A stretch of 62,968 nucleotides of DNA, the filler included, from Cladosporium halotolerans (Eukaryota): the NCBI RefSeq assembly GCF_011745625.1. It is 3 parts of 3 records of this genome, joined end to end, with 100 filler letters (N's around TTAATTAATTAA, not from the genome) between each part and the next. Parts side by side here need not be neighbours in the genome. Positions count along the whole stretch, not along the records: positions 21,737 to 42,316 come from NW_027191546.1; 2 more parts are not named here. One strand, 5' to 3'. A model generated the notes under the pieces. That model did no database searches. It saw only the letters and a program-made list of their open reading frames with translations, and was not told the DNA's origin. This document shows, one piece after another, positions 21,836 through 34,800 of the stretch. Position 1 is the first letter of the stretch. Each line of letters opens with the position of its first letter. A program made the position numbers and the translations under genes.

Positions 21836-24486
21836 GTCCCAAAGCAGTTCAGGTGAAAATACATTGTTCGATGCTCGAGACAGGGCGTCCACGAGCCGCT
21901 CTGAATTAGCGTTTCGAGTCTTTTGTATTGCCCTCTTTTTTCGAAGCGTTAGAGGGAGTCGGCCATGCTTGTCTTCCTGCACAATCCGTACGAGTTCAAG
22001 CGAAAGCTCCTGAGACTTGTCAGCTTGATCTTTCATGATCTGATCTCGTCGAACCTTTCTGCACCAATCCGACCATTTCGATTTTCGAAGAAGGTCAAGA
22101 AGAGCTTCTTGTTCGTGTTCCAACATGCTTGCTTCGAGGTCAGCAACCCCGCGCTTTCACTCGAGTGATAGCGCGGGGTATATAGTCTGGTGCAGCAACA
22201 AGGTCCGAGCGCAAAGCCGCTCCACATCCCAGCTGAAGGCGCAGCGTATCAGTCATGCCCCCTAGGAAGTAAACGTTGACAAGCGTGGCAGGCGGCTTCA
22301 AAGTCCCGCTTGGCGTTCCCCCACAGTGCGATCTTTTCCAGCGAATAGACAACTAAACTTTCCAAATCCTCCCGCTCCAAGGTGTCAATTGCAAGGACAC
22401 TAGTTTTCCGACAATAGAGGCATGGCATATATTTGCGACAACACGACGAATCATGCAGTAATGATAGATGGCACGCAAGGTCATCTCCGTCTTGGCTACC
22501 TCAACTATGGGCGAATTAATAGTCGCATATGTTGTACACCCGTCCTGCTGGAAACACTCGTTCTCCGGCCTCACCATGGGATATCTCGGGCTCATCGCAG
22601 CAACCCTCGCGATCTTCCCCGCGTTTTAGGTCGGCCTCCCCCTCCGCTGCAAACCGCCCAAAGCCGACAGCAGAGCGCCGCAACAAGCGGCAAAGGCGCT
22701 GCGCAACGCACGGGCAGTCACGGGCTCGAATGGGAAGGATCGATCGACCAGCTAACGGCTGCAGATGTGCGACTTTTGCTTCAGCATCATCTGGCTTTGC
22801 CACCAATCGCCGGAGACCCCTCAAGCGGTGGGTGACGAACAAGACGAAGAGCTTTTGGAGCAAACACTCAGTTGATGCACCCCGGGATCACATTATGCGA
22901 TTCCTGCGGAAGTGACCTGGTCCTCGCCACCCTAGTGTTGGTGGCGCTTGACCATCCGCTCAGAGTACGTATGAGAAGAGGGGAGTATGCGGCCCATCGT
23001 TGTTGAAACCCGCTACGAGACTCGAGGTGGCTTGCAGGCCCGCCGCGTTGCGGTTTCGTATGGCCATGATCAGCGTACTTCCGTACTTGAATCGAGATTC
23101 ACTTTCGTGGACGCGAAAAAGCTCAGACTGATGCTGCGCAGTAACATCGTCCCATTCTGGGTCTGGATCGGTCTCCCGCAAGAAGCGAATGTGGCGATTT
23201 TTGGGGTTCAGGTGCTCCATCTCGCCCTCATAGATCGACCGTCAGCACTCTCAACGCCGATGTTGGTGTCGCTTCTGACGGCATCAACAGCGGCAGCGGG
23301 CGATTTCTGCAACAGCTTGAGCTTGCCGTTTGGAAGACACAGCGACGACGGCTCGGACGATGTGGAGGAGCTCACTCGCGATGCACAACGCCGCGCCGGG
23401 TGGACACCTGAGGAGGCGTCGGGTCGCGCTGTGAGCGGCTGACCTTGTGAACCTCACATCAAGCCGACACAGTCTCGGAGAGGCGAGGTCAACGCATTTG
23501 TAACTACGAGTCTTGACGATTATACTGCCTCAACATCAAGCATTGCCTTCACCGCTTGTGTGAGAACGCACCTTTGTACACTCACTTCCACAGCCTGCAT
23601 CGACTGTTGCGTGTTGCTTGACTGAGGTTCATACATGCATTCATACTAGACCTTGACATTGGCGCTTTGATACTCCGGTGCCTACATGCAACCCAGTCAT
23701 CCAGTTGAACCTCCCTGCACCTCCTTGTTTGACATCGTCCAGACGAGATTGAAAGTAAACCACACCATGCGCTCGGCCTTTGGCTCCACCCCCGCAACTC
23801 CGCCTTCTAGACCTGCCTGTGATGTTTGTGTTGGTGGTTCAGCTATATGACGCGCCCTGCAGAAGCAACTTGGCTTGCTGCGACTCCTTTCCCAAAAACC
23901 TCAACGCCGGTCTTCCATCACCGTTCTGGGAAAAGAGTTCGGCTGACGGTGAAAGCCCTCATCAGTGGTTGGGCCAAGGGCAAGGAGCTGCGCAGTCTTT
24001 GATCCCATCCCACGGCTCCGATACCTGAACGGGAGGTTGATCGGATGCGAGTTCACATTTGATCACACCCGATGATGTCAGCACGAGGCTTCCATTGGAA
24101 CGATTGTCTTTGGGCCGATCGGATTGAACATTTGCAGATCAGACCCAGCCTGCAGTATACCCGAGCACACTTGGAGAAGGTGATCCATACCGGGGAAGGC
24201 CTTTCCCGGAGGAAAGCCCTCAACGATAACCACAGACGACAGCCCCAAGTCATCCTCGAACAGATCGTCACCACACTAAAGAAACACAGCGTACGCGTTT
24301 CAATCTCGGTTCGACGTGGCTTGCAGCAGCGCAGCGGTCGATACCAACAGGATTGCGGGCAAAGGGTGAACTTGCGAGCACTGACAATGCACCGCATCAG
24401 AAGGAGTGATATCAGGGACACCCATCGCCGTGGGCCGCCTTGACAGCACGCATCATTCACCGCCTCATCTTTTTCATCTCCCCAAG

Positions 24487-25843
24487 ATGTCCAGCATAGC
24501 TTACGAGCCAGGCAACCGCGCTTACTACGTGACTGCAGACGATGCTCGGGCAGGGCCGTGCGTGTTTGCTTGGATCCTTTCCATAGGGTCGAGCCTGACC
24601 ATGATCGCCCGCGTATATGCGCGGAGGCAGAAATGGACGTGGAGCGACTGGTGTTCTGGTAAGATGCGCTGGCGTGGAAGAAAGACTGTCAACAGCTGAC
24701 CGAGTTTCCAGTGATTGCATACGTGAGTGGCCTGAGCAGCGCAGCGGCTGCATCGACGGAGACGGAAGACTGACGATCGATCAGGTTGTCGGCATGGCGC
24801 ACTTCTCGCTGCTGCTCACAGGCTTGGCCGACGGTCTCGCCACTAGCTCCAACTCGACCGCTCACGACAGGGATGTGGCGCTCGTGAGTCGACTGAGGTA
24901 TGTTGATGACATGTGCGAACCCGGCTGACGACCAACAGCGATATTTCGTCAGCCAGGCGCCACTGCTGCTTTCCGTGGGGCTGACGAGATGCTCCACCAT
25001 CATGTTCATCGCGTTCGAGATAATAGGGACAACTCAACGGAGGCGAGTGAGCTTGATCAGTGTCTGTGTAATGGGCATCTGGGCCTTCAGCGCGCCGTTG
25101 GTGGCGATGATCGAGTGTGGTTCCGTGAAACCGGAGGGAAAGTGGACGTGTGCCGGGGAGGTGAGTGCAGAGACAGCACGGTCACGGGCGCAGACATTGA
25201 CGACATAAGCAGGCACCGCGGCGGCTCACAATTCTGTTGATCGACATCTTGTTGGAAGTTTTGCTGATAGCGTGGACGGTCGACGTCGTTTGGAGCATCC
25301 GAGTTTCTTTGGGAAACAAGCTCAAGGTGGTGACTGCCTTTTCATGCAGGCTGTTGTGAGTCACAACCACCGCCGCGGCACGATAGGAAGGAGCTCACAA
25401 GGAACAGGGTTGCAGGCTGTGGAGTCGGCCGATACGTTGCTTACGAGCAATATCTCCATCATGGCAGACCTACCAGAGGTCTGGCACCGACACTAGAATG
25501 GGAGGCGTGGCTGAATTCCGTCGCCACCTTCACGGCCAGCGTGCCTGTCTTGTTGCACGTGCTCAAAGAGCTGGGAACGGCCCATTTGCTGACGACGGCC
25601 CATAGCAGGAGCGAGAGGGGGAGCAGCTACCTGCTGAGCTCACTAGCGTCCAGGCACGGAGAGGGGGTAGGGGCGGACGCGGCAGGCGGTGTGCACCTAG
25701 GTGCTGATGCGATAGGGAAGGATCCACGTGTGATCGATATTGAGCTTGGCGAGGGCGGCCCTCCAAGCGCCAGCGGCACGACAGTCTCACTACGTAGGCA
25801 GTCATCTTATGGCTCGGAGGTTCAGATTTGGAGACAGTTTTGA
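24487..25843 (+). CDS. PTH11-like (rhodopsin-domain) integral membrane protein, 6 exons including an 11-nt micro-exon (24712-24722)
   Basis: Spliced product reads GNRAYYVTADD..LTMIARVY..WSDW.SVIAYVVG..GL, YFVSQ..LLSVGLTRCSTIMFI, C...WTC, IDILLEVLL..VWSIRVS.GNKLKVVTAFSCRL, TASVPVL. Five GT-AG introns with branch sites. Confidence 0.75.
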
Positions 25844-26384
25844 GACTAAGGGCACTTGCGTCGGCCACCTCGTTCTGCTCATGTAACTGTATACAAGCTC
25901 ACTCTGCTCCGGGATTGATGCGGGAGCGAACCACAAGACCTGCAAATAAGAATCGAGCATTCGTCCATGCTGCGGAAATTCAGATCGCTTGGCCGTACAG
26001 TATATGTTCGCTCCCTCTCGCATTTAATCCGCCCCCGAGCCCTCAGCCACAACCCAGTGTAATCTCTTTCACGGTCAAGTCCCATTTCCATGACAGGGGG
26101 ACTTGCAAGCGAGGTAACCGGGACATGATTCAGAGTGCATTATGTGCGCACGCTCAAGCGCACCAGCCGCTCTCGACGACCCATGTCAGGAGGCGCGAGC
26201 GTGCAGATTGCTGCGTCCGGCGTCTCTTAAAGCGGCTTTGCCCCAAGCCGCTCGATTCGACAACGGGCACGATCTCAGTCTTGTGTCTTTGCACCATCGG
26301 CGAGAGTGAACGGTCGACATGGGCTTCCTCATGGGCACCTGCGGTGGACAGAGCCAGCTGGATGAACGGACCGGTGCCTTCGAG

Positions 26385-28812
26385 ATGGGACCAGCAGTGG
26401 AGGCAGGTGGGCTCACGAGCAACCCAAGGACGGCGTCCGCGACTGGAAACGACCACGAGAAAGCACGCAACGAGCGAGACCGGATGGATATGCGCCGTAT
26501 TGGAAAGAGCTCAGAACTGAAGGTTGGTTATGACACGACACTTGGACACGAGTAACAATGGGGCTGATATGTGGTAGAGATGCTTCAAGGGCTTTCACCT
26601 GTTTGCGTTTGCCTTGATCTGTGAGAGCTCCAAAAGCGGAATTCACGCAGTGGTCTGCCCACATGCTTATATTCTTTCATCGTAGTGGGAAACACATCAC
26701 CGTGGGCCTTCATGAGCATGGTCTTCTCTCTGACGAACGGAGGCACCGCGGGTGCCATCTGGATGTTTGTCATCGTGGCAGTTCTCATGCTCTTCGTGGT
26801 TTTGGTCAGTCCAGCGGTCGAGGTGCTCAGAGACATCGTTCAGCTGACACTTGACACAGTCCATGGCAGAGATGGCCAGCATGGCTCCGACGGCTGGCGG
26901 ACAGTATCGTGAGCAACTAGGTGGTTCGTCAAGAGAAGACAGCCGAGCTGACGAGAAGACAGACTGGGTCTCCGAGTTCGCGGCGCCAAAGTCACCTTCC
27001 CAAACGTTCCTCCGTCCCAGTGCCCCGTTACTGATATGTGCGTCGCAGATTCCAGAAGTTCATGAGCTACATGGCAGGTGAGTGGCCCGAAGAGATGCTC
27101 ACAGACTCATAGTCGAGTGGAGTCGTTGGTAGCTGACAGTGAACGTGAAGGATGGTATGCGCTGCTCGGCTGGCAGACTTCCCTAGTAGGCACGGCACTG
27201 GCGGCGGCCCAGCTTTTTCAAGCCGTGATCGTGCTGTACAATCCGTGGTTCGCGTCCAAAGGTACGGTATTTCCTACTCCGACCCTGACTATGGCGTGGT
27301 TCACAGAGCTCACTGGACTTTATGATCAAAGGATGGATCGGCACCCTAATCACGATTGGCCTCACGTGCCTGGCGACTTTCATCAACGTCTTTGCATACA
27401 AGAAGCTTCCCATTCTGGAAGGTTTTGCGATTCCACTCTATGTTTTCGTCTTCATCGCAATGGTGCGCCGTTCGCCACCCCAGATCATATATGCTTGCTT
27501 ACTGATTCGCCCGCAGATCGCCGTCTTCTGGGTAATGGGCGACCGAGGAGGCGAAGCGGTCTTTACAACATTCTCCAGCAATGGTTGGCAGAACGATTCG
27601 GTCTCCTGCATGGTCGGTATACTTGCTCCGGTCATTACCCTCATCGGGTCGGACTCGCAAGCTCACTTAAGTGAAGAGACGCTGGACGCCGCACGCGTGG
27701 TACCGAGGTTTGTCTTCGCGACGTCGAGCAAACTTGAACAGGATCGAGCTGATCCCTCGACACGCAGGGCGATGGTCGCCACGGCACTGGCCAACTACAG
27801 CTTCGGCTTGGCCTCAATTGTGGTGAGTCGAGGGGAGACGGCGACGGCGAGGTTGAGAGTTGCTCCGGCCACGCATCGCTAACGCTTCACCATAGACGGC
27901 GATGTGCGTCTTGGGCCCTGACATCGACGCGATCCGCAACACGCGCACCGGTGTACCCGTCGTGGAGCTGCTGCTGCGCACGACGGGAAGCGTGAGTGCC
28001 ACAGTTGTTTTGACGTGTCTGCTCGGCCTCTTGTTCGTCTGTTGCCTCACGAACAACGTGACGACTGCAAGCAGACAGTTGTGGTACGTAGACCGAGGGT
28101 GCACGATCGCACCGCACTGACAGGCTCAAGGTCTTTTGCGCGGGACAAGGGCGTTCCCTTCCACCAGTACTTCTCCTGGGTCTCGCCAACAAAGAATACG
28201 CCGATGCGATCGACCGTGTTCACACTGTTGCTCACTTGCGTCCTGTCGCTCTTCAACACATTTTCCGCCGTTGCCCTGACCACGCTGACTTCGTTGAGCC
28301 TCACGGGCTTGATCTCTTCCTATCTGCTGACTGTCGTAGCCATGCTGTCCGCCAGGATCCGAAGGGCGACACTGCCTCCTTCGCGCTTTGATCTGGGTAA
28401 GCTACGCTTGTGAAACACAACCACGCGATGGACTGACTTCTCGGTAGGGCCGGTACTCGGATTCATGTGCAATGCGGTCGCGTTGATCTTCCTATGCGTG
28501 GTACTGGGTGCGTGTGCCCACGATCGAGACGCCGATCGCACAGCTGACCGTCCTCGAACAGTGATGATGTTCTTCCCCACCACTCCAAAACCCGAGCCAG
28601 CGGACATGAATTGGTCGGTGGTGATGTATGGCTTCGTTACGGTCACCATGCTGGTCTTCTACTTCAGGCGCGCAAAGTACATTTTCGATGGTCCTGTGAC
28701 GACGGTTTCGTCGCAGTGGAACACAGCTACGTCGGATGATCGGACCGTCTCAGCACCCGCTTCGGTGGCGTTACTGAAAGCGCTGTTTCCCAAGCTGGCA
28801 AAGATCCTTTAA
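26385..28812 (+). CDS. APC-family amino-acid permease (GABA/choline permease-like), 14 exons
   Basis: DMRRIGKSSELKR.F, SLTNGGTAG.IW, SMAEMASMAPTAGGQYHWVSEFA, GWY..LGWQ, GSDSQAHLSEE..DA...VPRAM, SRQLWSFARDKGVPF, and MNWSVVMY motifs. Thirteen short GT-AG introns can be traced by eye. Confidence 0.88.
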
Positions 28813-31800
28813 ATTGCGGAGATGTCAGACTTCAGATTATGCAACGGCAGTCGTTGTGGATTGGTGGATTGAGCGGCATGGGAGGACCAGTGCGATGGAT
28901 CTTCGTTGAGTGACTGGAGGTTGGTTCGGAGGAGACTGTTTTTGCGGATGTAACGCTGTAGATAGTGGAGGTGATGAAGCTTATGGCGAGCAGCTTTCCC
29001 CATGTCGGCCTACGTCAAGATGGTATTGATGTCAGGGGCGTCGTTTCCCGCACCGTCTGAGAATCTTCGATTGAGCTCGTTGACCGACCGGAGCGGCAAG
29101 ACGCAAGTCTCTGGGCCCTGGCCCGTCCGTCACACAAAATGGCCTCCCGAAGCCCATGTCCGAAGATCCGGAAACCCCACTGCACACAGCCAGCGACGGT
29201 GTCAATTTCGGCAGGCTATGGCTAGTCACATTTGAAGTGTTCCTCCGTCGTGTCGTTCAATAAGCTTGCGTAAGACCGTCTCGCTTAAGAAGGGTCATGA
29301 CGGCAACCTGCTCAGACCTCAACCGCCTGATAGAAGTCTTGACGGTGATTCGCTCAGGCTTGAACCTGGCCCTTATTTCTCCCGGCTCACCACCATTTGC
29401 GGTGTGATGCCCCCGTCAGTAACGCTGCCAGGGTCAAACTTAGCTCACTTCAACATCTGAACGCTCGGCCTCCCGCCTGCCCGGCCACCGGCTTGGTACC
29501 TTCGCTAGAGATAGGACGCCTTCAGGCCTAGCGCGACACGAGCAAATGTCGCGGCGGTGTCGATGCCATTCCTACTTGAGCTAAGCGCTGGCTCCTCGCC
29601 GATACGGTCGCGTTGTCCGTGCAGTCCTCTCGATCTCCAATAACCAGGCGGCCCTGCGCGCTGAATGACCTCTCCGCCATGCAGTTGTCCTCATTCATCT
29701 CCTGCAGGTCTATGGGAGACGTTCTTCGAGCGTACTGCCTTGCCCACCCCGCACTCGCCGTCGCCACCACGCTGCTTTCCTTTTTCGACGACAAAACCCC
29801 CCTGATACGTCCGGCACGAACCCGCGCTCCACTTTCTCTGCAGGCAAAGCCACTCGTCGCAACCCAGAATGTCCAAACATGGAGGTGTGGTGCATCGGCA
29901 CCCTTACGTTTCCGAAATTCCCCTGTGCGTCGATCCTTCAAAGCTCTTCAAGAAGCCGGATCAGACTATTCCAGCCTCGTCAGGGCCCTTCACTCATCCC
30001 GTCGTGGCTGGAGGTGTTCGGCCGCTGCAGCCATCTGCAGTCTCTGCGTTAAGGAAGACGTCTAGCCAGGGCAGGCGAAAGAATAGGCAAGTAGAACCTC
30101 GGGGATCAGAAGGATCGCATCAGCAAAGGCTCACTGCGGCATACAAAGAGCCAACACAACACCATCGCGTGGCCACGGCCAGGAAATATCAAGCATTGTG
30201 CCATCTGGAACTTGTCCCACAAGCTTGGAGGCAGGAAAGGCGCTTGATATCTTGATCAAATTCTTTCTTGAACAGCCCCCTGACTGTATCGATCGATCGG
30301 CCATTGTCGTACTGGGACAATTGAAGGAGAGAGTATGGACTCAAGTGCGCGACGGCTGAAACAATATCGGGTGGTTTCTGCAAGTATTGAAGCCCATGCT
30401 ATATGCGCGAACGTGCGGCCCTTTGATCAGAAGTGTCGCCACTGCAAAGAAAGGAGACGAGCGCCCACTACATCACCTCTGGCAACTGCGCACCGAGGAG
30501 GCGCGCTGCAAATTTAAGGACTCTCTTCGTGCATAGCTCTTGCCGTCTTCTGCCTTTGGCTGACGCGTGGGGACTTGCGCGCAGGTCTGCGCTCGCTCGT
30601 ATTCTGGTCAGCGCTCTGGCGCCCGGAACGCTCTCGTTTCTGAGGAACTTGAGAGCAGAAAGAGTCGGGTATAGTTGATGGTGTTTGACTTCCTTGACGC
30701 ACGACGGCACGGCCATCGCTGCACCATGCAGAGCCTTCCGGGAACTGGGTTTTGCCTGTCGGAAACGTCTCGAAAGCTCCTGTAGTGCCATCACGCTGAT
30801 CGGGACACCTTGATGGGGCGGAGCATGCCTGAGCGGAAGCTGAACTTTTGCCGGCACGAGGGCTCTGCGAGACTCGAGCTCGCGCGTTGAATGGTATAGG
30901 CGCCAGTTTCGCCGAAATCTCGTAGGTACCCCAGCCGGGGCATTTCATTTCAACTTCCACAGGCCCTCTGTTGAAGCAGGCGTTCGGCCATGCTGTAACG
31001 CAGATTGTGGTCGCACCACAAACAAAAGCTTTGACGGAGAACTCAGCATCCACCGAGGAATCGTGCTCCGGCTGGGCAATGGTCGAGAATGTTCAAAGAA
31101 GTGTATACCCGAGAAGCGCAGACGTGGATGGAATAGATGTAGAAATGATGTATGCAAACTTGCGTGTCTTTGGAAGCCGACCATGTAGACCGTCGTGCTT
31201 TTTGTAAGCCCTCCATGTAAGCCCTCCCCGAGCCTAACGACTGTTGCTGCCTGGACTTCCTCATCCCTCATGCATGAGACGCTTCGGACGCGCCTGCGCC
31301 CTAATACCGGCCTTGCCTCAACATACGCGAAGGATACGATATCTCGCAGCTAGTGTGCCTCCTTCTGACGAAGAACTGATCCACCGTGGCAATCAGTTCA
31401 CTGCCACGAGTCATTCTTTGCCCAGGCAGCGTGTCGCGCCATTTTCGACGATTGGCAAGTCACCTCAGGGGTTGCAACCGAAATTGCAGCCAGTGCTTCG
31501 GTTGTCTGTTGTCGAGTCCTCAGGTCTGCCTTGGAAAAGGGGGCTATTCACGCGTTTCTCCAAACCACTGCTACCCTTTCTCCAACCCACACCACATCGT
31601 CTGCGCTCAGCCTCAAGCTTCCAGCAAATGCGGCCAGGCATCGACATCTCGAATCAAGATGGGAAGACACCCGACAGACTCGAGAAGCCACCATGCAGAA
31701 AGCGACCGACACCCGACGACGACCGGATTGCACGACCACAGGGCCCAGCGGTTTCATCTTCGCCCCGCTGTGGGATGACATCGGACGTGCAGTCTGAACC

Positions 31801-34800
31801 ACCGAAGTGGACAGGATCTCGTGCTCCCTACCGAGGTCAACGGGACAGCCTCAATCTGGCTCCGGCTGATCGGGCCGGGAAACGCACTCAACCTCAAGCC
31901 GAGCACGAAAGTGACTCGCCAGTCCATAGTGACGTTGGAGGTCGACACGGAAGCCGTTCCCCAATCGCACCACGATTTGGCGGAGTATCGGATTGGAGCA
32001 CGCGGGTGCTTGTTCGCAGACATATATGTCTACATCTATCAACACGACCTCAGCGAGTGGGTGATCACCAGAACTGGCGCCATGGCCCGATACGCAGAAG
32101 TTCTGACGTGGGCGTTGGTAATCCACCACAAATTCACGTGAACGACTATTGACAGGCCTCCAGATTCGAGATTCTCGCGTGCCTGGGTCCGCGAGAGGCT
32201 TTTGCCCTGGCAGATTGCGGCACGGGTGAAAGTCCCCAGCCCCAGCCACGGTGCAGCCTTCACCGCCCGCCGGCGTGCCCATTGAAGTGGCAAGCGTGGC
32301 TGTCTTACTCATCATGGCGGCTCAGCATTGCCAGCAGGAAGTACCTGGACGAAATCAGGCTCGGTGAACTCCACATGCGGCATTTCGGTCAGGTCCGAGC
32401 AGAGGAAGAGCATGTTGGTGTTGGCGTTTTTGTGGATACTGCGAGGATGGTGGACGGGTGGCGGCAGCGCATCTTGGCAGAGCGACGACGCGAGTGATCC
32501 GACATGGATCGATCGCATCGCACAAGGTAGCACATTCGGGACAGCGTGGCTGCTGGCGTTCGAGCGAGGCCTTTGCGAGGCGTGAGCAATGGCGACTCAT
32601 GCACGGACCATCAATCCGGATTGATGGTCTGTGCACCGTCCCCGGTCATCCAAGTGAGGTGATGCAGTGCAAACTGTGCTCATTCGCTTGAAAATCGCAA
32701 GGTCCAGCTGCGAGATCCGAATGACATGGCTGACCGTGTGGTACGCCTGAAGACCGGTGCCCATCCCGACGTCGAATGCACTTGTTGTCCGCGGTGCTGG
32801 TCGCGAAGGTCCTCTTGCTCGGGCTGCTGGAGAGAGAGGCAGGCCGACATCCGTAAACATGTATCACTAACTCGAGACAACTCGGTGTCTTACAGTACTG
32901 AATTGTGCCGCGGCTCCGTCCACATGTTCCCGATATCTCGTCTTCCGCAGCGGCGGTCCAATATCTTCTCGACGCCCCCCGAGATATCGAGGCGCGAATG
33001 GTAATACATCCCGGCTGCTTCGGATGTGTTGTCCCTACTCAGGCCAGCTTCTCGTCACGCACAGGAGCGTCAGGCAGCCTGCAGTATTGTTGTGGGAAGC
33101 CGCGCTGGCTTGGCCGCCTTTGGGGCAAGACGAGGCGGTCGAAGCGACGCCCACGACCGCCAGACCGCCCGGCTCAAAGCGTCCCCTGGGCCCCGCTGCC
33201 TTGCAAATCTCAGCCGCTCTTGCCACAGATGGAGCCTTCACGATACTGACGCCTCGGCCATACAAACGAAAACACACGGCGGATTTCCGAGGTGCAGCCT
33301 CGTCGAGCGTGAGCCAGTCGATTCTTCAGCCATAGCGAACAGCCGAGAACACGAGACGCCAGCGACCCACGATAGCGACGATGCGGCAAGCATTGTCCCC
33401 GGCCGACGGCACGTTCTGGACAGCATTACGCAATCGTCCGCTTAGTTGTTGGAAGAAGAGGCAGACCGATACTCTCTGGAAGTCTTGATCGGGCCGTGGC
33501 GCTTCAGCAGCTTCTTGGAACCTTGTCCCTTCTCAACTCCTGCCACGAGAGTGATGTCCCATCTCTTGGTGCGGCGCTTCAATATATCGGTGCCTTTGCC
33601 TATCTGTCAAGGCCGGAGTCGAAAACCGCACAGTTGCATCGTTAGGTTGTTCGTCCTCATTTTGGACGATGATCTCTCGCGTAGGCGCTAGGCGCCCATC
33701 GCACGGCTGTGGGAGGTTGCGCTGGTTGAGCTGAGGTGAGCATCGCGAGCCTGTCGCAGCACAACACCGCAGCGGCAATCGATGGACGTGATGGACGGCG
33801 GATGGACGCTCTCAAACACCGCACTGCCAAGCGAAGGGAAGAGTCCCACGCTTGTACTGCACTTGCAAGGTGTAGAGCTGTGAAGCCATCGAGAGTGCGA
33901 CACGCCTGCGCATGAATGAGTGTCACGGTGTTGCGCAGTGGGAGGTCAACTGACGCTCGCGCTGCCGTCGATGATGCGACGCTTAGCCGTGACCAGGCTC
34001 GAGCATCATGGATCAAGCTCGGCGCGTGGCCGCTTTGGTCAGGGTTCGGGCCGACACCTCCCGAAAATACGCCAGCCGCAGGACGAGACGAAGATGAGCC
34101 GAGCTTGTTCCTCACGCGCTACTGGTGATCCAGACGAAGACCCACTCCTGAGTTGGTCCATTACAGTAAGTTCAAGTACAGTAATCACTTCTGCATAAAC
34201 TCATAGTCGAAGCTTAGCGAGGCTTTTGCACGCAGCCTTGCCATACGAGTGGGCTTCTGCTTGAATCTTGGCAATCGTCCAACACCTGTGGTGCAGCCGT
34301 CCGGCGAGCAGTCCAGTCGTTACATAGCCGCAGCTGCCCAGCAAGTCCTTGTATTTCAGCTTCGGTCACGTCTGGTGAGCTGCACGCATACCCATACAGA
34401 CCTGGTGTTATCGTCGTCACCATGGAATCATCAGGAAAGTGACGTTAGTCGTCTGAGCGTCGTCGCCGTGGCCAGCTTGTGCCGAAGCACTTTCCATGTC
34501 GACTCTCATTCTGGAATGTGGGCTGTTAGGGTTAGGGTTGTGGTAATACACTGGGCGCACTGCGCTTGTGGCGTCATGACCGTGAAAACACGTTCGACCG
34601 TCGACATCAGCGGTGTATGCAGTGCAGCTCATGGCGAATACCAAAGTGCTCTGTCAGGCACTACAAATCAGCACACGCGACATCGACGGCGGGTGAACGC
34701 TTCAGCACATCGTCAGATACTGTGATACATGAGACAACAAACGAGACAGCCTAGGCGGTCCCTTCTGACGCAACAGTCCCTCTGCTTTGGCAGTCCGCGT

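Noticed and set aside
21737..22126. 129-aa ORF as an intact gene
   Set aside because: Its last ~30 codons are hAT terminus sequence, and the frame has an upstream in-frame stop. At best it is an unassigned pseudogene fragment.
31244..32152. 302-aa ORF as a gene
   Set aside because: R/P/S-rich shadow-like composition, non-ATG start and no motif. A different frame (31821-32141) looks more protein-like but is broken.
33861..33899. Ankyrin-like DGFTALHLA motif on the minus strand
   Set aside because: A single short match with no second helix or neighbouring repeats; may be chance.
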